Part shown: positions 6,923 to 15,547 of the stretch, piece by piece | Layout of the letters: the number at the start of each line of letters is the position of its first letter | Position numbering within the stretch: the stretch's first letter is position 1 | Source of the DNA: Halobacillus andaensis | Lineage (GTDB): Bacteria > Bacillota > Bacilli > Bacillales > Halobacillaceae | Direction of reading: 5' to 3' | Assembly (NCBI RefSeq): GCF_014636475.1 | Contig: NZ_BMEL01000004.1 | Location: forward strand, 496,451 to 520,450 | Length of the DNA: 24,000 nt | Position numbers and translations under genes: made by a program | Notes under the pieces: generated by a model | What the model saw: only the letters and a program-made list of their open reading frames with translations | Databases searched by the model: none | What the model was told of the DNA's origin: nothing

Positions 6923-9040
6923 ATGAATTATAGAGCAATTAAAGAAAATAATATGTTCTTACTAACTAATCCAAGTGGGAACATATTCTCCGAGGACGCT
7001 TATGGTTTAGGTCTTTACATAAAAGATACGAGATTTTTAAGCCATTTTGAAACTTTCATAAATGGAGAATCACCGATTTTATTGGATTCTGATGGATCTA
7101 GTAATTATGTTTCTCGTATGACGTTAACCAACCCCCATCAAGAAGAAAACGGGGAAATTAAACTTTGGAGAGAATCCTTAGAGGTGGCTAGAGAACAATT
7201 CATTGTAGAGAACGTTCTCTATGAAAAGATTTCTTTTAAGAATTACAGTCCACAATCCATCGAATTTACTTTCAGTGTAAAAGCGCAAGCAGATTTTAAA
7301 GATATGTTTTTAATTCGTGGATTTCAATCAGGCAATATTGGACGTCTTACTGAAACTCTTTCTGATCATGATCAGCTATCCTTTCACTACGAAGGAGCAG
7401 ATGACCTAGATCGTTCAACCACTTTAAGCTGGAATCAACAAGGGAAAGCCGACAAAGATGATCGGACTCTGATACATTTCCCTTTCAGCCTTAAGCCTCA
7501 AGAAGAGAAAGAACTTATACTAAACGTTTCTGCAGCTATTAAAGATCAATTTGCAGGCGTTCCTTTAAATTATGAAGAGGCACTGGAAAAGCTTGAATCC
7601 TCACATGAACAGTGGAACGCTGAGCTGCCGTCGGTATCTTCAGATTCTGAAGTTCTTAATGGATCAGTAAAGCAAGGGTTAAATGACTTAAGAGTATTAC
7701 TGACGAACTTAGGTCATGGTCCTTTTCCAGTTGCGGGTTTGCCTTGGTTCGGCGTTCCGTTTGGAAGAGACAGCTTAATTGCTGCGTGGCAAATGCTTCC
7801 TTTCTATCCTGAAGCAGCGAAAGGCACCTTGTTTACAATGGCTTCTCTGCAAGGAACGAAAGAAAACGAGTGGAGAGATGAACAGCCAGGGAAAATTATG
7901 CATGAAATTCGCTACGGAGAACTGGCAAACACAAATCAGGTTCCATTCACTCCTTACTATGGAACGATCGATGCGACGCCGTTGTTTCTTGTACTATTAA
8001 GCGAGTATGTGAAATGGACAGGAGATCTTAAAACATTTGAATTGCTACAAGATAACGTAGACCAGGCGCTCGAGTGGATTAACAAATATGGAGATCGTGA
8101 TCAGGATGGATTTGTAGAGTATTTCCAAGAATCTGCAAAGGGGATTGCAAATCAAGGGTGGAAAGATTCAGCGGATTCAGTAGTCCACCGCTCGGGTAAA
8201 TATGCCGAAGCTCCGATAGCATTATCAGAAGTGCAAGGGTATGTCTATCATGCAAAAACAGGGCTTGCAGATGTTTACGAAGCTGTCCGTCAAGGCGAAA
8301 AAGCCACCCTTCTCAGACAAGAAGCAGAAAAGTTAAGCGACCTTTATGAAAACGCTTTCTGGTTAGAGGAAGAAAGATTTTACGCAATAGCTTTAGATAA
8401 AGAGAAAAAACAAGTCGGTTCAATTACTTCAAATCCTGGTCACACACTAATTTCAGGTATTGCTTCAGAAAACAGAAGTCGTGCTGTAGCGGAAAAGCTG
8501 GTTTCTCCTTCTATGTTCTCAGGTTACGGCATACGTACGATGGCCACTTCTGAAAAAGCTTATAATCCAATGAGTTACCACGATGGCAGTGTATGGCCGC
8601 ATGATAACAGTCTTGCTCTTTTAGGCATGAGTAAACGGGGTTATACAAAAGAGTTGAAAACTACAGTGGAAGGATTGTTGCAAGCAGCTTCTGAATTTGA
8701 CTACTATCGACTTCCTGAATTGTTTTGCGGTTATGAGAAGGAAAAAGGAAGACTTATTCGTTACCCAGTAGCTTGCTCTCCTCAGGCATGGGCAGCTGGA
8801 ACTTCATTAACATTTATCCAGTCACTCTTAGGGCTATTTCCAAATGTTTTAACAGAAAAAATTATACTTAACCCAACTCTTTTAGATGATATGAATCACT
8901 TAGAAGTTGAGAAATTGCCAGTAGGAAGAGGATATTTAAGTCTTAAACTGAAAAGAGAAGATGGTTTTATTCGAGTAAACGTATTAGAAAATACTACAGG
9001 TTTAAAAGTGGTTTCCTCACAACCTGTAGAATCTAAATAA
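6923..9040 (+). CDS. Amylo-alpha-1,6-glucosidase / glycogen-debranching-like enzyme
   Basis: (alpha/alpha)6-type GDE family sequence (WFGVPFGRDSLIAAWQ, NQGWKDS, SYHDGSVWPHDNSL). RBS GGAGGAGGGG favours ATG 6923. Confidence 0.8.
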   Translation: MNYRAIKENNMFLLTNPSGNIFSEDAYGLGLYIKDTRFLSHFETFINGESPILLDSDGSSNYVSRMTLTNPHQEENGEIKLWRESLEVAREQFIVENVLYEKISFKNYSPQSIEFTFSVKAQADFKDMFLIRGFQSGNIGRLTETLSDHDQLSFHYEGADDLDRSTTLSWNQQGKADKDDRTLIHFPFSLKPQEEKELILNVSAAIKDQFAGVPLNYEEALEKLESSHEQWNAELPSVSSDSEVLNGSVKQGLNDLRVLLTNLGHGPFPVAGLPWFGVPFGRDSLIAAWQMLPFYPEAAKGTLFTMASLQGTKENEWRDEQPGKIMHEIRYGELANTNQVPFTPYYGTIDATPLFLVLLSEYVKWTGDLKTFELLQDNVDQALEWINKYGDRDQDGFVEYFQESAKGIANQGWKDSADSVVHRSGKYAEAPIALSEVQGYVYHAKTGLADVYEAVRQGEKATLLRQEAEKLSDLYENAFWLEEERFYAIALDKEKKQVGSITSNPGHTLISGIASENRSRAVAEKLVSPSMFSGYGIRTMATSEKAYNPMSYHDGSVWPHDNSLALLGMSKRGYTKELKTTVEGLLQAASEFDYYRLPELFCGYEKEKGRLIRYPVACSPQAWAAGTSLTFIQSLLGLFPNVLTEKIILNPTLLDDMNHLEVEKLPVGRGYLSLKLKREDGFIRVNVLENTTGLKVVSSQPVESK

Positions 9041-9059
9041 ATTGAAGGAGGAGAAAGTT

Positions 9060-10316
9060 ATGAAAACAAAATCGTGGATGATTTTAAGTTCTCTATTAAC
9101 ATTATTACTGATCGCAGCAGGTTGTTCAGGAAACGATGGAACTTCTGGTGACGGAGGAAGCGAAACCGAAGATGGTAAAACAGAAATTTCTTTAGCAGGA
9201 TGGTCTTCTTCCCCTGAAGAAGAGAAACTTTTAAAACAGCAGCTCGAAGATTTTGAAGAAGAGAATCCGGATATTACAGTGAAACATGAAGTGATTGCCG
9301 ATCAGTATATGGATGTCCTTAAAACTCGTTTAGTAGGTGGGGAAGGACCTGACGTATTCTACTTAGATGCTGTTGAAGCACCTGCTCTTATTGAAACGGG
9401 CGTTCTCGAACCTCTTAATAGTTACGTAGACGAAGATTTTGATGCAGGTGATTTTGAAGAAAATTTAATCGATCCTTTTAAAGATGAGGAAGGTGAAGTG
9501 TATGGTTTTCCGAAAGGATACTCTACTTTAGGCTTGTTCTATAACAAAGAAATGCTTGATGAAGCAGGCGTAGATGTTCCGACCAACTGGGAGGAGCTAG
9601 AAGAAGCTGCCAAAGAATTGACGACAGAGGATACGGTTGGTCTAGGGATTTCTCCAGAAATGGCACGCAACCAATTTATTGGGGAGTCTGGAGAAGGAGA
9701 CATGGTTGTAGATGGTAAAGCAGCATTTGGAAGTGAGGAAGTAGTCAATGCATTACAACCGATTGTTGATTTGCGAAACGAACATGAAGCAGCAGCTGCT
9801 CCATCAGAGATGGGTGCGGAATCCACAGGAGAAATGTTTGGTCAAGGGCGTGCTGCTATGGTTATGGAGGGGAATTGGAACGTTCCATACTTAAACGAAA
9901 CCTTCCCAGATATGGAGTATGGTGTTTCAGAAATTCCTACTTTCAATGATTCACAAGGTACCATGGCGTTTACAGTATCTTACGTAATGAACCAAGCTTC
10001 AGAAAAGAAAGAAGCTTCCTGGAAACTAATCTCTTACTTAACTGGTCAAGAAGGAATGAAAACGTGGACAGAAACAGGGCTGGAACTGCCTGCCAGGGCA
10101 TCAGTTGCAGAAGAACTAGGATATGAAGACGATGAAATTCGAGGTCCTTTAGTAGCTGGCGCTGAGTATGCTACAGCTTGGTCAGACGGGCCGAATTTAC
10201 CAACTATTTATAATAACTTTGATAACGAATTCTTGTCTGCTTTCCTTGGGGAAAAATCACTTGAAGAAGCATTAGAAACTGGTGAAGACGTGGCAAATAG
10301 TGAAATAGGTGAATAA
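9060..10316 (+). CDS. Sugar ABC transporter substrate-binding lipoprotein (CUT1, MalE-like)
   Basis: Lipobox LLLIAAGC; family 1 SBP motifs (EVIADQYMDVLKTRLVGGEGPDVFYLDA, GKAAF, GRAAMVMEGNW). RBS GGAGGAG favours ATG 9060. Confidence 0.9.
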   Translation: MKTKSWMILSSLLTLLLIAAGCSGNDGTSGDGGSETEDGKTEISLAGWSSSPEEEKLLKQQLEDFEEENPDITVKHEVIADQYMDVLKTRLVGGEGPDVFYLDAVEAPALIETGVLEPLNSYVDEDFDAGDFEENLIDPFKDEEGEVYGFPKGYSTLGLFYNKEMLDEAGVDVPTNWEELEEAAKELTTEDTVGLGISPEMARNQFIGESGEGDMVVDGKAAFGSEEVVNALQPIVDLRNEHEAAAAPSEMGAESTGEMFGQGRAAMVMEGNWNVPYLNETFPDMEYGVSEIPTFNDSQGTMAFTVSYVMNQASEKKEASWKLISYLTGQEGMKTWTETGLELPARASVAEELGYEDDEIRGPLVAGAEYATAWSDGPNLPTIYNNFDNEFLSAFLGEKSLEEALETGEDVANSEIGE

Positions 10317-10321
10317 AAACA

Positions 10322-10358
10322 TCAATAGCGATTATGCACCACCCATGATCGCTATTGA
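10322..10358 (+). repeat. Intercistronic stem-loop between SBP and permease genes
   Basis: TCAATAGCGAT(10322-10332)/ATCGCTATTGA(10348-10358), perfect 11-bp inverted repeat with no T-run. Confidence 0.8.
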
Positions 10359-10386
10359 AAAATTCGAATAAAAGGGAGGGCCTCAT

Positions 10387-11328
10387 ATGGAACGGGCTGA
10401 GGCAGGAAGTTATTCAAAAGTGAAAAGCAAAAAGAAAAGAAATTATACTCGGTTGTTAAGGAGTATCATTCAAGGTTACGGTTTTATGCTGCCAACGATC
10501 CTGGTGTTGTTAGTGTTTATATTAGGACCTGTTCTTTATGCGGTTTTCCTTTCATTCTTTGATGTAACTCTATTAGGCGGTACTGTGCTCGATTATACAG
10601 GTGTTGATAACTACTTAAGAATTATGGAGGATTCACGGGCAAAAAGAGCGCTGGTGAATACCGCTTTGTATGTGGGAATTGTAGTTCCAGCTCAGACTTT
10701 CTTAGCGTTATTTCTAGCATCAACACTAAATGCCGGCTTAAAAGGTGAGAAGATCTTTAGAATCATTTATTTTCTGCCAACATTAACATCTTCTGCAGTT
10801 CTTACACTTATTTTTATGTGGATGTACAACCAGAATGGACTAATTAATAACCTACTAGACAAAGTGAATTTGCCTACATACAACTGGATAGGAGACCCGA
10901 ATATTGCTTTGTATTCCATAATGATTATGAATATTTGGGCTACAGCTCCATTATTTATGGTCATATATTTGGCGGCATTGCAAGGGGTGCCGAAGAATTT
11001 GTATGAAGCAGCCGAACTTGACGGTGCAAACGTCATTCAACGTTTCTGGCATATTACAGTGCCTCAGCTTCGTCCTATTACTTCTTTTGTTGTCATTATG
11101 GGATTAATCGGAACCTTTCAATTGTTTGACCAGTCGTACATTTTCTCAGGAGGGTCTGGTGGACCTTCAAATTCCACACTAACTGTTGTGCTTTTAATTT
11201 ATCAATATGCCTTTAAATCGTTGGGAACGATGGGGTATGCGACGGCAATTGCATTTATCCTGGCGTTAATTATCTTGATTGCGAGTATTTTACAGAGAGT
11301 TTTATCGAAGGAAGAACAATTCAATTAA
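10387..11328 (+). CDS. Sugar ABC transporter permease (MalF-type)
   Basis: Six TM segments; EAA motif YEAAELDGANVIQRFWHITVPQLRP. Confidence 0.9.
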   Translation: MERAEAGSYSKVKSKKKRNYTRLLRSIIQGYGFMLPTILVLLVFILGPVLYAVFLSFFDVTLLGGTVLDYTGVDNYLRIMEDSRAKRALVNTALYVGIVVPAQTFLALFLASTLNAGLKGEKIFRIIYFLPTLTSSAVLTLIFMWMYNQNGLINNLLDKVNLPTYNWIGDPNIALYSIMIMNIWATAPLFMVIYLAALQGVPKNLYEAAELDGANVIQRFWHITVPQLRPITSFVVIMGLIGTFQLFDQSYIFSGGSGGPSNSTLTVVLLIYQYAFKSLGTMGYATAIAFILALIILIASILQRVLSKEEQFN

Positions 11329-11343
11329 TGGAGGGGATCAATA

Positions 11344-12171
11344 ATGCAAAAGAAAAAGTCGTGGGCTAAGAAACTGTTGTATGTTGTTTTGATCACCTAT
11401 GCATTAATTACGTTAGTTCCCTTCGTGTGGGCATTATCGTCGTCTTTTAAAACTTTTGCGGAAATTTCAAGCGGAGTTATGAACTTTATTCCAAAAGAGT
11501 TTACGTTCGAAAACTATAAGCAGATTTTTATTGAAGAAGATTTATTTTTTCGCTGGTTATTAAACTCTGTTGCTATTGCAGGGGGTGGAACAGCTCTGAA
11601 TTTGTTATTTAATTCCATGGCTGGGTATGCTTTAGCTAGAATTAGTTTCCCTGGAAAACGGATGTGGTTCATGCTTATTCTAGCTGTCATTATGATTCCT
11701 GTTCAAGTAACGATGATTCCTAACTACTTAATTCTTAAAGAGCTAGGATGGCTTAATAGTTATCAAGGTATGATCGTACCGGCAATGATTAATGCAACCT
11801 TTATCTTTATGATGAGACAATTCTTTATTAATTTCCCTAAAGAGTTAGAGGAAGCGGCTTCACTAGATGGGTTAGGAAGGTTCGGTATGTTCCTTAAAGT
11901 CGTACTTCCTTTAGCAAAACCTGCTTTGGCAGCCCAAGCGATTTTCGTGTTCATGGGCTTTTGGAATGATTTTATGAGACCTCTTATTATTATGACGGAT
12001 GCTGAAATGTATACGCTGACAGTCGGCCTTAATTCATTTAAAGGTCAATATGTTACCTATTGGAACTATATTATGGCGGCCTCTATGGTATTTACGCTTC
12101 CCGTGCTCGTTATTTATATGTTCTTTAACAAGTTCTTCATGAAGGGACTTTCCTTCACGGCAGATAAGTAA
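11344..12171 (+). CDS. Sugar ABC transporter permease (MalG-type)
   Basis: EAA motif EEAASLDGLGRFGMFLKVVLPLAKPALAA; N-terminal transmembrane segment. Confidence 0.9.
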   Translation: MQKKKSWAKKLLYVVLITYALITLVPFVWALSSSFKTFAEISSGVMNFIPKEFTFENYKQIFIEEDLFFRWLLNSVAIAGGGTALNLLFNSMAGYALARISFPGKRMWFMLILAVIMIPVQVTMIPNYLILKELGWLNSYQGMIVPAMINATFIFMMRQFFINFPKELEEAASLDGLGRFGMFLKVVLPLAKPALAAQAIFVFMGFWNDFMRPLIIMTDAEMYTLTVGLNSFKGQYVTYWNYIMAASMVFTLPVLVIYMFFNKFFMKGLSFTADK

Positions 12172-12190
12172 AAGCACTCCTTTGTGATAA

Positions 12191-12213
12191 AATGAATGAA
12201 GAGTACATTCATT
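12191..12213. repeat. Palindrome abutting the SD of the downstream gene
   Basis: AATGAATG-aagagta-CATTCATT followed directly by AGGAGGG. Confidence 0.6.
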
Positions 12214-12225
12214 AGGAGGGCTGAT

Positions 12226-12840
12226 ATGTTCAAAAAGATGGCGACAGATGCTTTAGGGTTAAGTGACATAGGCAGTGTAATCTCCCCGGAGGACTATGAC
12301 AAAGTAGACGCTGATGATTATGTCATGCATGAAGATGGAGAGAAAATATATTTTTTAATTAAATCGAAGGCCGATGAATATTGCTTTACGAATAAAGCGC
12401 TGATTCATGTAGATGGAACAAGTGCTACAAGTAAAAAGCGTACGCTTAGACGTTACCCATATTACACCCATACGTTTTCAAATATTGAACTGGAAACAGC
12501 AGGCACGATAGATTTAGATGTCGAAATTAAGTTCAACCTTGGGAATGAGGAATTCGATATTGATGTGCATAAGAAGTTTATTGAAGAGGTGAAGGATTTG
12601 TACAAATCTCTGTTAAAAATTTCAGAGACTACAGAAGAGAATAAAACCTTTACTGACTATGCACATCAAAGCCTAAACACTGCGTCGGCTACGTTACAAA
12701 ATAGTCGAACGCATGAAACACGCTTATCACATGAATTTAGAGATATCAATGAAACCACCTTTAATTGGCTTTTAGAAACTAAAAACCAATATCATATTAA
12801 AGACTTTGGCCATGTATTTGAGCTTTTTATCAAAAATTAA
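12226..12840 (+). CDS. Bacterial PH-domain protein, YvbH-like (204 aa)
   Basis: MFKKMATDALGLSDIGSVISPEDYDKVDADDYV...; RBS GGAGGG then ATG 12226. Confidence 0.65.
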   Translation: MFKKMATDALGLSDIGSVISPEDYDKVDADDYVMHEDGEKIYFLIKSKADEYCFTNKALIHVDGTSATSKKRTLRRYPYYTHTFSNIELETAGTIDLDVEIKFNLGNEEFDIDVHKKFIEEVKDLYKSLLKISETTEENKTFTDYAHQSLNTASATLQNSRTHETRLSHEFRDINETTFNWLLETKNQYHIKDFGHVFELFIKN

Positions 12841-13034
12841 TAGGAAGCATCCCTTTTCTAAGGAAGTTATGGCTGGCTGTAGAAAAAACTTGAATGATGT
12901 TGATTTGGTAGCCCATGCTTCCTCTATTATAGAGGCCCGGAAACTCTTATAGTCCAGTTGGATAAGCCTCGTACGTCATTTTAACTAGTGGCTTTCTATC
13001 GTAAGGAATATTTATCCTCATTTAAAAAAGAAAA

Positions 13035-13093
13035 AAGCATGCAGAGAAAAGCCTTTCTCTACATGCTGGCATCACTTCTTAAGGAAGTGATGC
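13035..13093 (-). terminator. Tandem hairpins/terminators downstream of the SMR pair
   Basis: GCATCACTTC-ttaag-GAAGTGATGC (13069-13093) and AGCATGcAGAGAAA...TTTCTCTaCATGCT (13035-13066) followed on the minus strand by TTTTTTCTTTTTT. Confidence 0.75.
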
Positions 13094-13097
13094 TTTT

Positions 13098-13412
13098 TTA
13101 TTCAGAAAGTTTTATGCCTGCTACAGCAGCGATAATGATAGAAATACAAAGGATTCGCCGCCAATCTTTTGATTCATTATAAAAAATCATTCCTAGTATA
13201 GCTCCGCCTGCAGCTCCAAGTCCTGTCCATACAGCATAGGCGGTCCCCATAGGGAGACTGTCCATGGCAACAGATAAGCAAATAAAACTTAATAAAAAAG
13301 AAGCAACTAAACCTAGTAAAGAAGAAACGTTTTTATGATATTGATAAACATTAATCATTAGTACTCCACTCATCTCAAATAACCCGGCTGCAATTAAGAA
13401 AATCCAACTCAT
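13098..13412 (-). CDS. ykkD: SMR family guanidinium exporter subunit, YkkD-like
   Basis: MSWIFLIAAGLFEMSGV...PMGTAYAVWTGLGAAGGAILGMIFYNE; overlaps the upstream partner by ATGA; riboswitch-linked. Confidence 0.85.
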   Translation of the reverse strand: MSWIFLIAAGLFEMSGVLMINVYQYHKNVSSLLGLVASFLLSFICLSVAMDSLPMGTAYAVWTGLGAAGGAILGMIFYNESKDWRRILCISIIIAAVAGIKLSE

Positions 13413-13753
13413 AATGTAGACTCCTCAGCTTGTTTAGGAGGATCTATAATTTTTAATGCGATAATTCCACTTACTAATAAGGCGATAAATAATAACTTTA
13501 TTATATTGATTTCTTCGTTAAATAACACAATTTCAGCGACTACTGTGCCCGTTGCACCTAAACCTGTAAACACAGCATAGGCTGTACCGACAGGGAGGAG
13601 TCGCCCAGAAGCAATAAGCAAATAAAAACTAATGAAAATAGCCAGACAAGTGAGTATCCATTCTATAACGGTAGAAGCGTGTTTTAAACCGATCACCCAG
13701 CCTACTTCAAATCCTGCAGCAATTACTAATTTTCTCCACTCCTTAGCGACCAT
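13409..13753 (-). CDS. ykkC: SMR family guanidinium exporter subunit, YkkC-like
   Basis: MVAKEWRKLVIAAGFEVGWVIGLKHAST...LPVGTAYAVFTGLGATGTVVAEI; RBS GGGAGAG. The 157-aa start at 13882 in the track lies inside the riboswitch and is artefactual. Confidence 0.9.
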   Translation of the reverse strand: MVAKEWRKLVIAAGFEVGWVIGLKHASTVIEWILTCLAIFISFYLLIASGRLLPVGTAYAVFTGLGATGTVVAEIVLFNEEINIIKLLFIALLVSGIIALKIIDPPKQAEESTL

Positions 13754-13781
13754 TAATGTCTCTCCCTTCGTAATAAAAAAA

Positions 13782-13905
13782 GGAGATATCTTTTTTATAA
13801 GATATCTCCCGGGCTTTTGTCCCTCCGTGTCACAGTGTATCCTGTGCGCTTTCTCTTGGACCAGTCCAATTACTTGATTCATTGCGGAACCCTAGAAAAC
13901 ATTTG
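13782..13905 (-). promoter_or_regulatory. Guanidine-I (ykkC) riboswitch with intrinsic terminator
   Basis: Minus strand: CTAGGGTTCCGCAATG...GGACTGGTCCAAGAGAAAG...ACACTGTGACACGGAGGGACAAAAGCCCGGGAGATATCTTataaaaAAGATATCTCCTTTTTTT. All conserved ykkC blocks are present. Confidence 0.95.
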
Positions 13906-13985
13906 GATGAAATTAGTATCAGTATAGAATAAGAATACTTTAATGGCAAACCCTAAAAATAACAAATGTAAAAGGAGGGTGAAAA

Positions 13986-14180
13986 ATGGGAAGAGATGAA
14001 CACAAAAATTCAAATGCTAGAAAGAAACAGAAACTATCTCAAACACCTAACCATGAAAAACATGATGGAGTGGATGTAGAGTTTTCTCAAGATATGGCCG
14101 ATCACGAAGATATGGAAGCGATGAGAAGAAGTGAAGCAGCCGATCGTCGTGCAAACCATGAATCAAAGAGAAAACACTAA
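13986..14180 (+). CDS. yfhD: YfhD family protein
   Basis: MGRDEHKNSNARKKQKLSQTPNHEKHDGVDVEFSQDMADHEDMEAMRRSEAADRRA; RBS AAAGGAGGGTG. Confidence 0.75.
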   Translation: MGRDEHKNSNARKKQKLSQTPNHEKHDGVDVEFSQDMADHEDMEAMRRSEAADRRANHESKRKH

Positions 14181-14190
14181 TTAGCTATTT

Positions 14191-14237
14191 GCACTCACAC
14201 TTCAGGCTTTAAAAGCTATGAAGCTGAGTGCTTTTTT
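14191..14237 (+). terminator. Intrinsic terminator of yfhD
   Basis: GCACTCA-ca-CTTC...GAAG-c-TGAGTGC-TTTTTT. Confidence 0.75.
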
Positions 14238-14362
14238 AAGATTATCCTGTTTTATTTTTTTGTACAGTTTAAATTGTTTCAACTTTCGACATTTTATGAT
14301 ATACTTCGTAACTGTATTGAAAAATTCGTGTAATGTTTTGAAAAATAGGAGGAGGAATTATT

Positions 14363-15253
14363 ATGAAAAGTTTACGTAAATGGCTTCCGGCTGTATTACT
14401 TGGTTCTTCATTAGTATTAGCAGCATGCGGGGGCGACTCAGAGTCTGATTCTGGAGATGAAGGTGGAGAAGAATCTTCAGGAGATAAAGAAGTAAGCATT
14501 GGTATGAATAACTGGGCAGAAAACATTGCTGTCTCTAACATGTGGAAGATTGTACTTGAAGAAGAAGGATACGATGTTGAACTTGAGCAAGTAGAAAAAG
14601 GAGTATTATATGAAGCACTTGCAGCAGGTGACTTAGATATTGGTATGGAAATCTGGCTGCCAAATACTGACGCTTCTTTTTACGAACAATATGAAGAAGA
14701 TATCGACTGGCGTGAAACTTGGTATGAAGGAACTGAGCTTGGCCTTGTCGTTCCGTCTTATATGGAAGATGTTAATTCCATTGAAGATTTAAACGACAAC
14801 GTTGATGAGCTTGACGGTCAAATAGTTGGTATCGATTCCGGTGCAAGTATTATGTCTTTAACAGATGATGCTATTGAAGAATATGACCTTGATTATTCTC
14901 TAGCAGCATCCTCTGAAGGTTCTATGATGACTGAACTTACAAATGCAATTGAAAATGAAGAGCCGATCGTTGTTACTCATTGGACTCCACACTGGGCATT
15001 CTCTGAAATGGATCTTAAATTCTTAGAAGACCCTGAAAACGTATATGGGGATTCTGAGGATATCTCTTACGCTGCTCGTTTAGACCTAGAAGAAGACAAC
15101 CCTGAACTTGTTGAGTGGTTTGATAACTTTATGTTAGATGACCAGCAACTAGGTGAACTAATGGCATCTATTAACGAAGCGGACTCCGAAGAAGAGGGCG
15201 CTCAAGCGTGGATCGATGAAAACCAAGATGTTATTGATGAGTGGATGGAGTAA
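14363..15253 (+). CDS. Glycine betaine/choline ABC transporter substrate-binding lipoprotein (OpuAC/ProX-like)
   Basis: Lipobox LVLAACGG; SIGMNNWAENIAVSNMWKIVLEEEGYDVELEQ..., EPIVVTHWTPHWAFSEMDLKFLEDP; strongly acidic. Confidence 0.9.
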   Translation: MKSLRKWLPAVLLGSSLVLAACGGDSESDSGDEGGEESSGDKEVSIGMNNWAENIAVSNMWKIVLEEEGYDVELEQVEKGVLYEALAAGDLDIGMEIWLPNTDASFYEQYEEDIDWRETWYEGTELGLVVPSYMEDVNSIEDLNDNVDELDGQIVGIDSGASIMSLTDDAIEEYDLDYSLAASSEGSMMTELTNAIENEEPIVVTHWTPHWAFSEMDLKFLEDPENVYGDSEDISYAARLDLEEDNPELVEWFDNFMLDDQQLGELMASINEADSEEEGAQAWIDENQDVIDEWME

Positions 15254-15264
15254 ATTTAGTTAAT

Positions 15265-15293
15265 AAGCACCCTGCTATATATAGCAGGGTGCT
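15265..15293 (+). terminator. Intrinsic terminator
   Basis: AAGCACCCTGCTATATATAGCAGGGTGCTT followed by ATTTTG. Confidence 0.8.
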
Positions 15294-15377
15294 TATTTTG
15301 TTTGTGCCTCTGTAGCTTATAAAAGAGAAGACCTGATTTTATGTACCATAGATTCACTTAGAGGGGTCGCCTATTTA

Positions 15378-15479
15378 ATGAAAGAATTTAATATTTTGCA
15401 AAAGAAGATAAAATTAAAATACTCAAAAGTTAAGAAAGGAAAAGGTAAGGAGAAAAATTTAAAAAATAATCAAGTTTAA
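15378..15479 (+). CDS. Possible 33-aa lysine-rich small ORF
   Basis: MKEFNILQKKIKLKYSKVKKGKGKEKNLKNNQV; GAGGGG upstream but with long spacing. Confidence 0.25.
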   Translation: MKEFNILQKKIKLKYSKVKKGKGKEKNLKNNQV

Positions 15480-15547
15480 CAAGGCTTCTTACAGGAAACA
15501 TACTAACTAGAACGCAGATAACGAAGAAAAAGGAGTCGATTTAGTTT

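Noticed and set aside
9539-9826. 95-aa minus-strand Ser-rich ORF
   Set aside because: Shadow ORF opposite the SBP gene; composition mirrors acidic codons on the other strand.
12191-12213. Second FadR box
   Set aside because: Arms resemble FadR half-sites but the centre spacing differs from the 7-4-7 architecture, so kept only as an unassigned palindrome.
13632-13877. 81-aa plus-strand ORF
   Set aside because: Antisense shadow of the riboswitch and ykkC-like gene.
13754-13882. N-terminal 43 residues of the 157-aa SMR ORF
   Set aside because: The sequence is the guanidine-I riboswitch and terminator, not coding.
14269-14541. 90-aa minus-strand ORF overlapping the opuAC-like start
   Set aside because: Antisense to the lipoprotein signal region with no recognisable features.
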